This document shows, piece after piece, positions 11,894 to 23,123 of a DNA stretch of 64,000 nt. The position numbers and the translations under genes were made by a program. Every line of letters starts with the position of its first letter. Positions within the stretch are counted from its first letter, which is position 1. The notes under the pieces are model-generated. The model did not search any database, was not told the DNA's origin, and saw only the letters and a list, made by a program, of their open reading frames with translations. Where the stretch lies: positions 992,001-1,056,000 of the forward strand of contig MU008151.1 in the NCBI GenBank assembly GCA_010909165.1, read 5' to 3'. The DNA is from Anthoceros angustus (taxonomy: Eukaryota; Plantae; Anthocerotophyta).

Positions 11894-12329
11894 TGGGAGC
11901 TACTCAAACGACGTGTGTTGCAGCATCACCCCGGGATTTTGGTACATGACTGGAGGAGCGATCTGCACCACGTGATTGGGTAGTGGTATAAGGATGTGTA
12001 GCCCAATCCTGCTTTGTTTCACGTCAGTCTTTGCTGATGGCCACCTCTGAATTCATCTTTTGAGTGGTTCAAGATTGTGACTCTTGAACACGTTCCAGAA
12101 TTCATGAACAACAGCAGGCCCCTGGTTGGTGAAGGAGGATGCTCCGGTCTGAGCATGCATGAATGGCCAGGAATGACATCCTGCCCTGCTCCATGAGTAA
12201 TGGCTAATTCAAACTTCATCTGTGCTTCAGTATCTTCTAACAACTGGCGAGCCGGGGACAAGCAAGAAGCCTGGCTGCAAGAGCTTGACTGATCAGAGCA
12301 GTCCCACTCAGTTCCCCACGAAATGGACC

Positions 12330-12707
12330 TGTAGGCACCAGGCCATGGGTTGTGAAGGCACTGCGCTGCATATTTGTTGTCGGTTCATGAATATTCTTTA
12401 CATCCGAGGGAATCACTCTTCTGAAGAGGCTGCCTACCAATTTCTGCTGGGTGCATCTCAGCTGGGTATTCTGTGGGGTGGGGACTCCGTTATCTATGGC
12501 TACAGCACCAATGCACTGTGTACGCATCGACTTGCTATGGGATTGGTGTGTGCAATAGAATGTGTGTGCTGTTTGGTGACTTCTTCTCGAAGTTTGGCAT
12601 TTTGGAAACAGCAGAACCACATTCGTATCGAGCCTTCCATGTATTTCCAAATGGGCATCTGGGGCGCTCTGTTTTGGGGATTTTGGGTCGCCCAACTCAT
12701 GTACTAA
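12330..12707 (+). pseudogene. Degenerate PLS-class PPR / E-domain fragment
   Basis: Frames give FLLGASQLGILWGG, CVLFGDFFSKFGILETA and QMGIWGALF. These resemble the PPR consensus LL.ACSHAGL..EG, CLVDL..RAG.LE.A and .IWGALL. Confidence 0.45.
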
Positions 12708-12993
12708 TGCGAACGGGATTGTCATTCTGCCGTCTCTTGAAGGATTCGATTACTGCAAGAAGACGTCACTTCACATCTTATTCACCTGGTTGCCATCCTG
12801 GTCCTAATGCAGGGATGAAATGGTAGGCAAAGCGCCCTGGATTTTGGCTAGCCTCGGACTGTGTCCCTCGATGTGACCATTTTCCTACTGATAACGTGCC
12901 TGTTACTCGTCCAAAGGCAGGTGCCAGATGAGGGCTCCTCTGTGGTGGGTTTCCAAGTCAGGTCATTTCGGCACTGTGCCCTTCCCTGCAGCA

Positions 12994-14272
12994 GGAGCTA
13001 GGATGGCGGCAGGTGCACGCCGGATTTGTGTTGAAGGAAGGACGATTTCTCTGCCTAAGTCTGTTTCCTTCAGGAGTCCTGCGGAGGCCCCAGGAAACTG
13101 TCGTGACCTGGCGGGACCCTGTCTACTCCAGTTTACAGGGTCCAGCCCTGAAACTGATCCCTGATGGATCCTCTCCTGGCTGGGTAGGATAGATTTTTGG
13201 TTTGTAAATGTTCTAGAGATGTAGTGAGCTTCCTCTTGACTGCAGAATTAGGACCAGCAGCTAAAATACGTTCGAGCTGCTGCACGGTACTGTACGAAGA
13301 ACCTGCTTATCATGAAAGCGATTATGAAGAAAGTGATATGGAAATATTAACGACAAACATCTTTGGCTTGTTTGCCAGAACTGACGTGGCCGTGGCTTGT
13401 GGAGGTGCTGACGACCTGCATTCAATCAGGAGGCCAAGTCGTCAGCAAGAGGGTTGGGAGGTTCGACCGCATTCTATCAGCGATTGTCTCCAGGTTTTCG
13501 AACAGAAGGATGTCAGGAAGGCATGGTTGTACCCAATTCCGTGACATTTGTGTGCTCTTGCATGCATGTGAAAATGTGGCAGCCTTGTGTGTAGGAAGAC
13601 AGCAACACGCACAAAACCGTTCATCCTCTTCAAGACGGGGTAGACGGCCCAAATCATTCCGGGCCAGGCAGTCCAGCAGCCGCCGCCGCCGAGCTGGCAG
13701 CGCGCGCCAGTCCTTGGCCTCGTCCGCCATGCTACACTGTGCTTCTCAGCGATGTAAAAGGTGGTCTCTGTGGCGAACGCGTGGGAAACGTCCACGCCCC
13801 GAACGGGATAAGACTGGCTTCGCACCGGACTTCCTCCATCCATTCTCTGTTCTGTTCCTGGAATCCCTGCAGGCAAAGGGATGGACCAAGTCAGGAAAAG
13901 GAGAATCGTCTCCTCGACTCAAGGCAGCAAATTAGGTGCTAGGTGATGCCGTGTCCTCAACCTAATGACTTAAGTACATACTTTACCCTAAGAAGCTTGC
14001 TTTCCACTTCGGAGAAGCTGGGGACTCAAGGAGCATCTTTCGCTTCGCGTCTACGCAGAGGCAGACGTCATCATCCTCAACCCGCCTGTTGCAGCCAGGT
14101 GAGGAGCAAGCCGATGCGGTGCAGTTGCTCACAAGACGTGCACACCAAGGTAGCATATGCTAACCCGAATCGGAACCTTGACAACCTGGCTGCAACCACC
14201 TGCAACACCCTAATCCACACTGGCATATGCCTCACCATCTCATGCAGAATCCACCATTCCCTGCAGCTTGCA
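12994..14272. repeat. ~1.3-kb segmental duplication, direct copy at ~28824-30155
   Basis: Colinear near-identity from GCTAGGATGGCGGCAGGTGCAC through CACCATTCC(C)TGCAGCTTGCA. Confidence 0.9.
13422..13730 (-). pseudogene. N-terminal fragment of a divergent Roco paralogue (second copy at ~29400-29640)
   Basis: MADEAKDWRALPARRRRLLDCLARNDLGRLPRLEEDE aligns by eye with MAEEHEAEDWRALPVKLQQLLKDLGRNAVSQLP...EEED of copies 1-3. Confidence 0.7.
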
Positions 14273-14274
14273 CG

Positions 14275-14480
14275 TCGGTGATCGTGTTGATATTTTGGTG
14301 AGGTCTCGCAAGGGTCATCGAGTAAGACCAAACAATCGCGCTTCACCCTCGGCACTCGCGCTTTGTGCCCTTCCTGCGTGCTCGTCTTTCCTGCTCGTAC
14401 AACTTGCAATTGCTAGCAAGCTTCAAGGTGTAGGACATAGTGGCGTGCTTTTGAGACGTGTGCTTGAACATGCTGAAGAA
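14275..14480 (+). pseudogene. COR-region fragment of a divergent Roco paralogue
   Basis: GDRVDILVRSRKG...ASKLQGVGHSGVLLRRV versus GDHIDILVRSSKS...CAS...G.PGVELVEGII in copies 2 and 3. Confidence 0.5.
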
Positions 14481-15452
14481 GGGCAGCTGTACGTAGCTCA
14501 AGTTTGCAGGCTGCAGCCCTGAATCTGATCCTGATGCATCGTCTAGACTTCTGCCTGGATAGGATAGATTTGGTTGGTGAATGTTCCAGAGATGTGAGAG
14601 CTTCCTCTTGACTGCAGCATTAGGGTTATCAGCCGTACTTGTCAAGAGATGCAGGGTTCGAGCTGCCGCACATCGAGAAAGCGATCTCGAAAGAAATGAT
14701 GCAACACCTTTCTCGAAAGCAATGATGACAAACACCTTTGGCTTGTTTGCCAGAGATGTACATAACTGTTTCCACTGATGGGTCTATCACTGGACACAGT
14801 TTTGCGGCAGACAAGCCAAAGGTGTTTTGTTTATCATTAATGCTTGTCGAGGCACCCACAACTGTCAAGGGCTAGGACGTCGAGGAGACCATGTCTTGAG
14901 AAGCAATCTCGTCAGCAAGAGAGCTGGGAAGGTTCGACCCTGCTTTCTGTGAGTGACTGTCTCGTCGTTTTCTCCCAGTCATGGGAGAAGTATGTTTCAG
15001 AGATGCCGAGAAAGGCACAAAATTTATCCTCGCTTTGGTGGAAGCCATCGTTGAGGCCTCTCTAGTTGGCAGATTGTAGGACAGCGGCTCCAAGCTGATG
15101 TGTTTTGTAGCTGGCAGTTTGACTCAGCGTCTAGTACAGTCCTCCGTTCGGCCAACTGAGCTAAAGTCGGAGCCTGCGGACGTGCGAGTCCTTTGCAGTT
15201 ATTCAAGTCGCATTCAAACATCCTGCAACATTGCAACACCGACAATGTTGCAGTAATGGATTCACGAATTCTTGCCAAACGTCTCATATCCAGGCAAAGA
15301 TAGTCCCATGTGCTAGAAATCCTGAAAAAGAACGGGTAGTAGAAAGTCGGTTGCTGGATCAGCAGCGTCCCAATTTTGCTGGATTATGCAGCCCGTCGGA
15401 GAGATTGGCCATGGACATGGCTAAAGTCATCCAGTCAAGTCTTCTACCGCTC

Positions 15453-15906
15453 AACTACAGTCCTCAACCTGGTTTCAGCTTCGAGCTTTGTAGGCTGCCG
15501 CACTTAGCACAATGGATGTAAAGCTTCGAGAGTCTGAGTGAGGGACCCCAGCAGCAAGCAGCACTTTCGGATGTTGACTTGCCTGACAAGCAGAGTGAAC
15601 TGGTGAGAGACTAGATGACACCGAGCCTCTTGCACAAAAACTCTGCACTGAAGGCGTGAGAACTCCGAGACTCTGTATTCACAGCTCACAAGTCACTGAA
15701 TGACGAAGATGATCCCAGCAGCAGCTCTGCTGGGCGGGATCTTCCAGTCTCATCAGCATGCATGAATGGCCAGTAACGACATCATGCCCTGCTCCCTGCA
15801 TTGTTGCCTGCTTGCAAGCTGCAGAGAATGGCGGATTCTGCATGAGATGGTGAGGCATATGCTAGTGTCCACTGGATTAGGGTGTTGCAGGTGGTTGCAG
15901 CCAGGT
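15453..15906. repeat. Inverted copy of 30068-30533; its right ~95 bp is also an inverted copy of 14184-14272
   Basis: ORF-track peptides MSCEYRVSEF (minus, 15504-15689) and MSCECRVSEF (plus, 30284-30511). The ends AACTACAGTCCTCAACCTGG and GCAGCCAGGT are reverse complements of the 30-kb copy. Confidence 0.85.
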
Positions 15907-16000
15907 ACCCTTTCCTGTGCGGTGCTCCTTCGGCGGAAGACCGCTCTCCGCACCACCTTGATCCGCGCATGGCGAGATTCGTGCTTCGAGGTAGGGCAAG
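15907..16000 (+). pseudogene. Isolated ROC P-loop fragment
   Basis: TTCCTGTGCGGTGCTCCTTCGGCGGAAGACCGCTCTCCGCACCACCTTGATCCGCGCATGG = FLCGAP..(G)KTALRTTLIRAWR, matching the P-loop of copies 1-3. Confidence 0.8.
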
Positions 16001-16749
16001 TTGGGCTGAAGGAGAAAATGTCGCAGGCACGGGGAAGGTGAGGAAGGGAAGGCGTGTTTCTATCCTTTCTATCCAGGGTGATTTGGTTGTGGAGAGCGTC
16101 AGCGGAAAGCGTGGCTTTTGCCAAAAGAAAAAACCGCGAGAGTAACAGCAGCACCAACTTGCTCAACAGATTGCCGAACCCGACTGTGTAGGAACCATGA
16201 ACCTTGCCAAACATCACCAGTTCAACAGTGATGAAGGCCACGGGGAACTACATCGAGTGCAGCAAATGCATAAAATGGTCAAGCTTGAAGGGGCTGCTAC
16301 ACAGACAAGAGCGTCTCCCTTGACACTTCAGCCATGTGTGCTGTTGTGCAGCTGAAGGATTTTCTCACCTGGTCGACACATCCATGGCCTTCTGTAGCCG
16401 TCCCAAAACCGCTCCTGGAAGCGCGAAAGTGCAGGATTATCCGCAGAGATTGACTTGACTATCGTCTGCAAATTGCAAAGAAACGAGAGGTGCTCACAAG
16501 CCATCGCAAGGTTGATTACTTAGCTTCACCGAACCTCAACCGCAAACTCATGTTCAGCAAGTGTGCCCGCGCAAGGAGTCGCGCCAAGATGCCACGGTCT
16601 GCTGGATCGAGCACGGCAGCTCGAGGCTCAGCTCCGAGGACAACAACAGACGGAGCTCAATGCAGGGTTCCCTGCGAGTCTGGCCTGGGTCAGTACAGCC
16701 TGATTCTGGTTACAACATTTGCAGCCTAATTGTCACGGCGTACAAACTT

Positions 16750-18213
16750 GGGCAGCCCGACATGAAGGCATCTGGTTTGCCTACGCTGCTGAACACATCC
16801 ACGGCCTCGTGCAGCCTACCTCCAGATGCATACATGCGCAACATATGGTGGTCCCCAAGTATGCATTTCACTCTTGCCCAAGTTTGACAGAGAGGTGGTC
16901 GCCCCGGCCCTCACAAGGTCATACCTTATATGGAGGAAGTTGGTTTCAAGGAACGGCACTGTGGCTTTCGATAGAGTCTTGGTTGGGAGATGTGTATTAT
17001 GTGTAGAGGACTTGCATCTGCCTCTTGCATGGAATTATGCACTTTGTTCTCAGTGGTGATGGAGCATTTCGAGAGGCCTGTGTTGCTGTCTGCCTGTCCG
17101 ACATGGGCTTCTCACGAGCAAAATTCTCCAGCAAGGCGATCAGATCAGGTGAGAATTTTGCCCTTTTTTACCCCACTTGCTGATTGTCGAAAGAGGTGTG
17201 CTGGATAACGTAGATGTGGGCGACTTGCTGTGAGACATTTATGGAATGCCGTGATGTCTTGTATGCAAGATTTTGTGAACTGAAATGTGCTATGACCTTT
17301 GCCTTCTGGTGTGAATAGGAATCTGTTCCAGAGGCTGCAGCACCAACTTGCTGCGTATCCTTCTTTTCCTTCACAGTATGCTGGGTTCAGACATGAGTCG
17401 CTTGTTGTTTATGGTTCAATGGAGCAGGAGGGTCTTAATTTCGCTGACCATGTTATCGTTGGTTGCCTTCTAAGGGCTTTGTAGCAGATGTCATGGTGTC
17501 TGACCTTCCAAGTGGAGCTCACTGAATAAGCCTGAGGCTGGCAGGCGTACAAGACCATAAATGTGTGTTCAAACTGACTTCATGTGGAAAGAGGTGCTGG
17601 ATAACGTAGATGTGGGCGACTTGCTGTGAGACATTTATGGAATGCCGTGATGTCTTGTATGCAAGATTTTGTGAACTGAAATGTGCTATAACCTTTGCCT
17701 TCTGGTGTGAATAGGAATCTGTTCCAGAGGCTGCTGCTCCAACTTGCTACGTATCCTTCTTTTCCTTCACAGTATGCTGGATTCAGATATGAGTCGCTTG
17801 TTGTTTATGGTCAGATGGAGCAGGAGGGTCTTAATTTCGCTGACCATGTTATCGTTGGTTGCCTTCTAAGGGGCTTTGTAGCAGATGTCATGGTGTCTGA
17901 CCTTCCAAGTGGAGCTCACTGGATAAGCCTGAGGCTGGCAAGCGTACAAGACTATAAATGTGCGTTCAAACTGACTTCATGTGGAAGAATGTTTTATGTG
18001 AAGGACATGTTTCTGATAGCATTGTTGGACATATATAGGTCCCTTGAAGAAGGAAGGCAATTGCATCCTTTGATTCTTAGAAGAGGACTGCGGATACCAT
18101 ACAGGTGTGCAGCTACATGTGGATACCATAGAGGTGTGCAGTTGCCTTGTGGACAAAACATAAGAGTTTTGACCGACAAAATGGATCGAATCAAAGAGAT
18201 TTCTCGAAGATAA
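16750..18213 (+). pseudogene. Degenerate PLS-class PPR gene with an internal ~397-bp tandem duplication (17191-17587 / 17588-17985)
   Basis: ESLVVYGQMEQEGLNFADHVIVGCLLRG and DMFLIALLDIYRSLEEGRQLHPLILRRGL match PPR P/L motif consensus (EAL..Y.QM.QEGL.PD.V, ALLDMY, LEEGRQ.H..I.R.G). Confidence 0.6.
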
Positions 18214-21200
18214 CATATTGCTGATACTGGGAATGCTAACACAATGTTGATACCGGGACTGCTACATGAAATGGGAAATGCCATATAAAATGATGAATGA
18301 CACGATATAGGTGAAGGAGTAAGTTATATCGTATTATGAAGGGGATCAAGTTATATATTATTGTGACAGTGAAATTCGTAATCTCGTATTCGACTTCTGA
18401 CGATAAGAAATGCTAACTGTTTAAAAGAATGTTTTGAGCTCTTCAAGCGAAAGCTGTAGGTTAGTTATCATTAAGAGAAGTAGACCTAATTGTTGGAAGC
18501 ATTTTTTGAACATTGATGTTAAGTTAGCTGAATGTCTGAAGACATGAGATTGGCAGTTCATAAACGACGCGGTTAGAGGCATAGTGAAGGTGTGTAGGAT
18601 ACTCTCTGCCCACATACACGATGACAATTTTCAATTGTATTACATCTTGAAAAGTAGAATGGTAATAAAAATACCTTAGTTTCTTTGATAATAGTTTTGG
18701 TAATAACCTTGGTAATAGTTTGCATGGGCCATTTGTTAAGATATTGGATAGAGATAGATTTGAATAGAAACTGTAGATATAAGTTGGGATATGAGCTATT
18801 GGCAATTGGAGTGTGAATAATTAGCGATTGGAATGTGTGGAGTATTTGTTTGCCACTTGATAATTGTCGACAGTCTATACCCCAAATGTCAATAGTTTAT
18901 ATCCAAAGCTAAATCAATAGTTCACATCCAAATCTATGTCTAATCGATATCCTAGCAAGTCACCTCTACAAACAATTGCCAAGCTTTTGGCAAAAGTCAA
19001 AGGGAAGTTGGGTATTTTTCATCCCATTCTGGTTTTCAAGATGTAATAAAGCTTAAAATTGGTTATTGTCGCACATGGGCAGAGAATATCTTATATATTT
19101 CATGTAGAATATCTTATATATTTCTATATGTATCTCTTCTAACCCTTGTCAATGGATCAATCTATCGATGTCTTCAAACATTCAATCATCTTAAAAATGC
19201 CCCAAACAATTAGGTCTATTTCCCTTATCAATACTTAGTTTTTAGTTTTTGTTTCAAGAGATCAAAAACTTCTCTCATGTTGTCAGAAGATCAAATTCGA
19301 GATCCCGAATTTCCCCTTCACAATAGAATATAACTTGTCCCTTGGTTATGTCACTTCATTCTTGTCCCATTCCACCATGTCAAACAAGATTATTGAGATC
19401 CTTGGCAGTTTTGCTTATCCTATGTCTGATATTGAAAAGAAAAGCAGGAAAGGATTCAAGTACTGGAAGCGACCATAAATCCAAATGGAGCAATTACTAC
19501 CACAAGTGTGAAGGCAAAGTTGATAATGCCTAAGTTGGTAGCATGATGATTTTGTTCGCAACTTTACATTCTCAAATGCAACATATGGGAAGCAAAATGA
19601 GCAAAAAGAGGGCTGAGGATCGTAATCTATAGTGTAACATGACTCCATTGGCCAGGAGTTGGCCGCCAAAATCTTGCACAGGGGGGTGAGGTGAGTCAGG
19701 CGGCACGTGTTCACCACAACTTGCTCAATAAGTGTTTCAAGAAGTGGCAAATTCACGTCACCCACCTCATCCACGGACACGACTCGCTTGGATGCACGCA
19801 GACTCGACCCTCCCATCCTCGTGTATGGTGGGTGGGTATTGGCCCTTCAAGCCTGCAGCTGCCACGACCAAAGCTCCAGTGCACACAGACGTGGTGTACT
19901 AGCATGGTGTGCTGGGATGTCTTGTGGGCCTGCAACATGTACGCAATCCAAGACTTACCTCATGGACGAGCTGAGAGGACGCCAACAAGATTGCTACAGG
20001 AAGGTGTGAGCAGCTTACTCCTCGCCTCTTGGACCCAGAGGCTGAGGCTGTAGAGGCTGCTGTGATCGGCATTTTGGTGTCTGACCTCTTTAGCACCTAC
20101 CCAAAGCACTTGCATACCCTCCAGCCTTCACACTGCAACGGAAGGCCCGACAATGTCCGGGCTAGTGAAGCCCGGATGCAGAGCCATGCTTATCGTTGCC
20201 ACCTTTCCGGGAAATCCGTTGCGCAACCGCAACTTGGCACTGGAAGAAATCGGACTCGAGGAACCCAGGATGTATAGCCTGAAGTGCAGCATCCTTATCT
20301 AGCATCATAAGCATGCGTGCTCAAGCCTGCCAGGTGAACGAGTGGAAATGCACATGGTCAAGATACAGTGAACACATTCAGACTTCAGAGTTGACATAAT
20401 CGTCAACCCACTCCAACTCACCAACCCTTGGCCTCTTCCGAGTACATGCATACATGCACGTGTCCAAGCCTTGATCACGCCCGATCCCCACATGAACATG
20501 AGCCATCTGCAAACCGGTGCACACGGTGGGCATCTCTTACAATGATCTCTCGCTTCTCCAGGCGTGACATTATCTTGGTGCTCCCATGGCAGTCATTGCA
20601 GTCTTTTCGGTCCTCTGCTTGAATGATTTCTAGATCTTTGGCACACTGTCAGGATGTGTGTGTTCCATCTTCCCGACCGGCCAAAGCTGGGAAAGGATGT
20701 CATCACTGGATTGGCGTCTGAGGCCCCTTGCCTTCACGTCTCTATGACACTAGACAACGCGGAAAATCGCTCACGGCCATCTCCGATATCCAACTAACTG
20801 GAGATTTTGCTTTCTTCGAAGGTGAGGAAGGGAAGGTGTGTTTCTATCCTTCCTATCCAGGGTGATTTGGTTGTGGAGAGCGTCAGCGGAAAGCGTGGCT
20901 TTTGCAAAAAAAAAAAACCGTGAGAGCAACAGCAGCACCAACTTGCTCAATAGATTGCCGAACCCGACTGTGTAGAAACCATTAACCTGGTCAAACACCA
21001 CCGGTTCAACAGTGATGAAGGCCACAAGGAACTACATTGAATGCAGCAAATGCATAAAATTGTCAAGCTTGAAGGGGCTGCAGCCTACACAGACAAGAGC
21101 ATCTCCCTTGATACTTCAGCCTCCCTTGACTGGAATGGCGTCTGAGGCCTCTTGCCCCTCTATGACACTAGACAACGCGGAAAATCGCTCACGGCCATCT

Positions 21201-21577
21201 CCGATATCCAACTAACTGGAGATTTTGCTTTCTTCGAAGGTGAGGAAGGGAAGGTGTGTTTCTATCCTTCCTATCCAGGGTGATTTGGTTGTGGAGAGCG
21301 TCAGCAAATGCATAAAATTGTCAAGCTCGAAGGGGCTGCAGCCTACACAGACAAGTGCATCTCCCTTGACACTTCAGCCTCCCTTGACACTTTAGCCACG
21401 TGCGCTTAGATCGGTACTTAGATGGGGTGCCTGAAGGGAGTGGATGCCCTTGGTGCAAGTAGCTTAGGCACACCAAGGTACAAGTTGTTAAGTACCAAGT
21501 CCCATGACGGAAATCCAGTCTTTAGTGGAGTTAAATACAATTCTTCTTCTTCTTCCTGTGGGTCCTCTTGCTCAGGG

Positions 21578-21893
21578 GACAGAGCAGAGCCGCGGACTCG
21601 CCTTCCTGCGCCACGAAGAACTGTTGCTGTAGCGGGATTGCAGCTCCACGAAGAATTGGCGAGGCAGGAGGGAGTTCACAGCAGGTCCCACGTTGAAGTC
21701 GATGATGTGCGGCGACGTCAGGTCCTGGATCACCACGATGGTGCGCTCGTCTGGACTCCACAGGCTCCGCAGCGCCTGCCCCGATGTGGCCGGGGTAGGC
21801 TCGGTTGTCGTCACCACCCGCTGTGCTGCTCCAGCTGCTTGCAGGCAGTCTGTTAAATAATACCCTGCGAGCATCGTCCAGACTGTCACACTT
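21578..21893 (-). pseudogene. Second copy of the TPM-domain exon fragment
   Basis: Near-identical to 3045-3365 (SGQALRSLWSPDERTIVVIQDLTSPHIIDFNVGPAVNSLLPRQFFVELQSRY). The splice donor is mutated. Confidence 0.7.
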
Positions 21894-23123
21894 CCGAAAG
21901 CGTGGCTTTTGCAAAAAAAAAAACCGTGAGAGCAACAGCAGCACCAACTTGCTCAATAGATTGCCGAACCCCACTGTGTAGAAACCATTAACCTGGTCAA
22001 ATATAGCAAGAGCATCTCCCTTGACACTTCAGCCACGTGTGCCATTGTGCAGCTGAAGGATTTTCTCACCTGGTCGACACATCCATGGCCTTCTGGAAAG
22101 GTGCAGGATTTCCCGCAGAGATTAACTTGACTATCGTCTGCAAATGCAGCGAGACGAGAGGTGCTCACACGAGCCATCAGAAGGTTGATTACTTAGCTTC
22201 ACCCAACCTCAACTACAAACTCAGCATAAAATACAATGTTCAGCAAGTGTGCCCGCGCAAGAAGTCGCGCCAAGATGCCACGGTCTGCTGGATCGAGCAG
22301 GGCAGCTCGAGGCTCAGCTCGCCATGGGCTGGGGGCCGGTCACCGTAGGCGGGCGCGAGTCTGTCCTGGGTCAGTACAGCCTGATTCTGGTTGCAACATT
22401 TGCAGCCTATAATATAAACTCATCACCATTCTCGGGTACAGTTATGAACCATTGATGCCAAGGACGTCCATATGCCCTCTTCAGAGGATTGATGGCAAGG
22501 ACGTCCATATGCCCTCTCCAGAGGATGTTCATATGCAACAACAACAACAACTTTATGTATGTCCACTGGAAATCTATTGGAAAGAGAAAACAGTACTGAT
22601 ACCCTGCTATTCACTTCTGGAGAAACACCATGGGTTATATCCGCAATCATCATTGCACTTGGAACCCTTCCCCATACGGTGTGGTTTGGGAGAGGAAGTT
22701 GTTCCCTTTCACAGGCTGCCAGACCCTGATGAGCTTAGATTCATGAAAGATCATGTTATCGAAAATTATAAGTAAAAGGGTTTCTAGACTGGATTCAGTT
22801 TCCATGGACACCCAACCCAACCCAACCCAACCCAACCCAACCCAGCCCAGCCCAGCCCATCATTCATCACAGGGACCGTGCACGGGAGCCGTTCCGTTCC
22901 GTTCCGTTCCGGTGTCCCGATCTCGACTGACCCGGACAAATTCCAATTCTTCATTTATTTTAGCATGTTTAAGTTTGGGCTGTTTCGCCGTTCATGTGGG
23001 AAGTTTCGCTGCGTGGGGCCTGCCTGCCAGGGCTGAAGGCCGCGGGATGTGGTGTGGCCTGGAGGAGCTCAGCACCTGCCTGGCCCTCATTCCATTCTAG
23101 CACTTCGCATAGCAGAGCAGAGC

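Noticed and set aside
19500-20300. LINE reverse-transcriptase C-terminal remnant
   Set aside because: Only a vague Trp-rich resemblance, with no RT or endonuclease motif.
22811-22860. Interstitial telomeric repeat
   Set aside because: The unit is the 5-mer CCCAA/CCCAG, not plant CCCTAAA or CCCTAA, so it is treated as a microsatellite.
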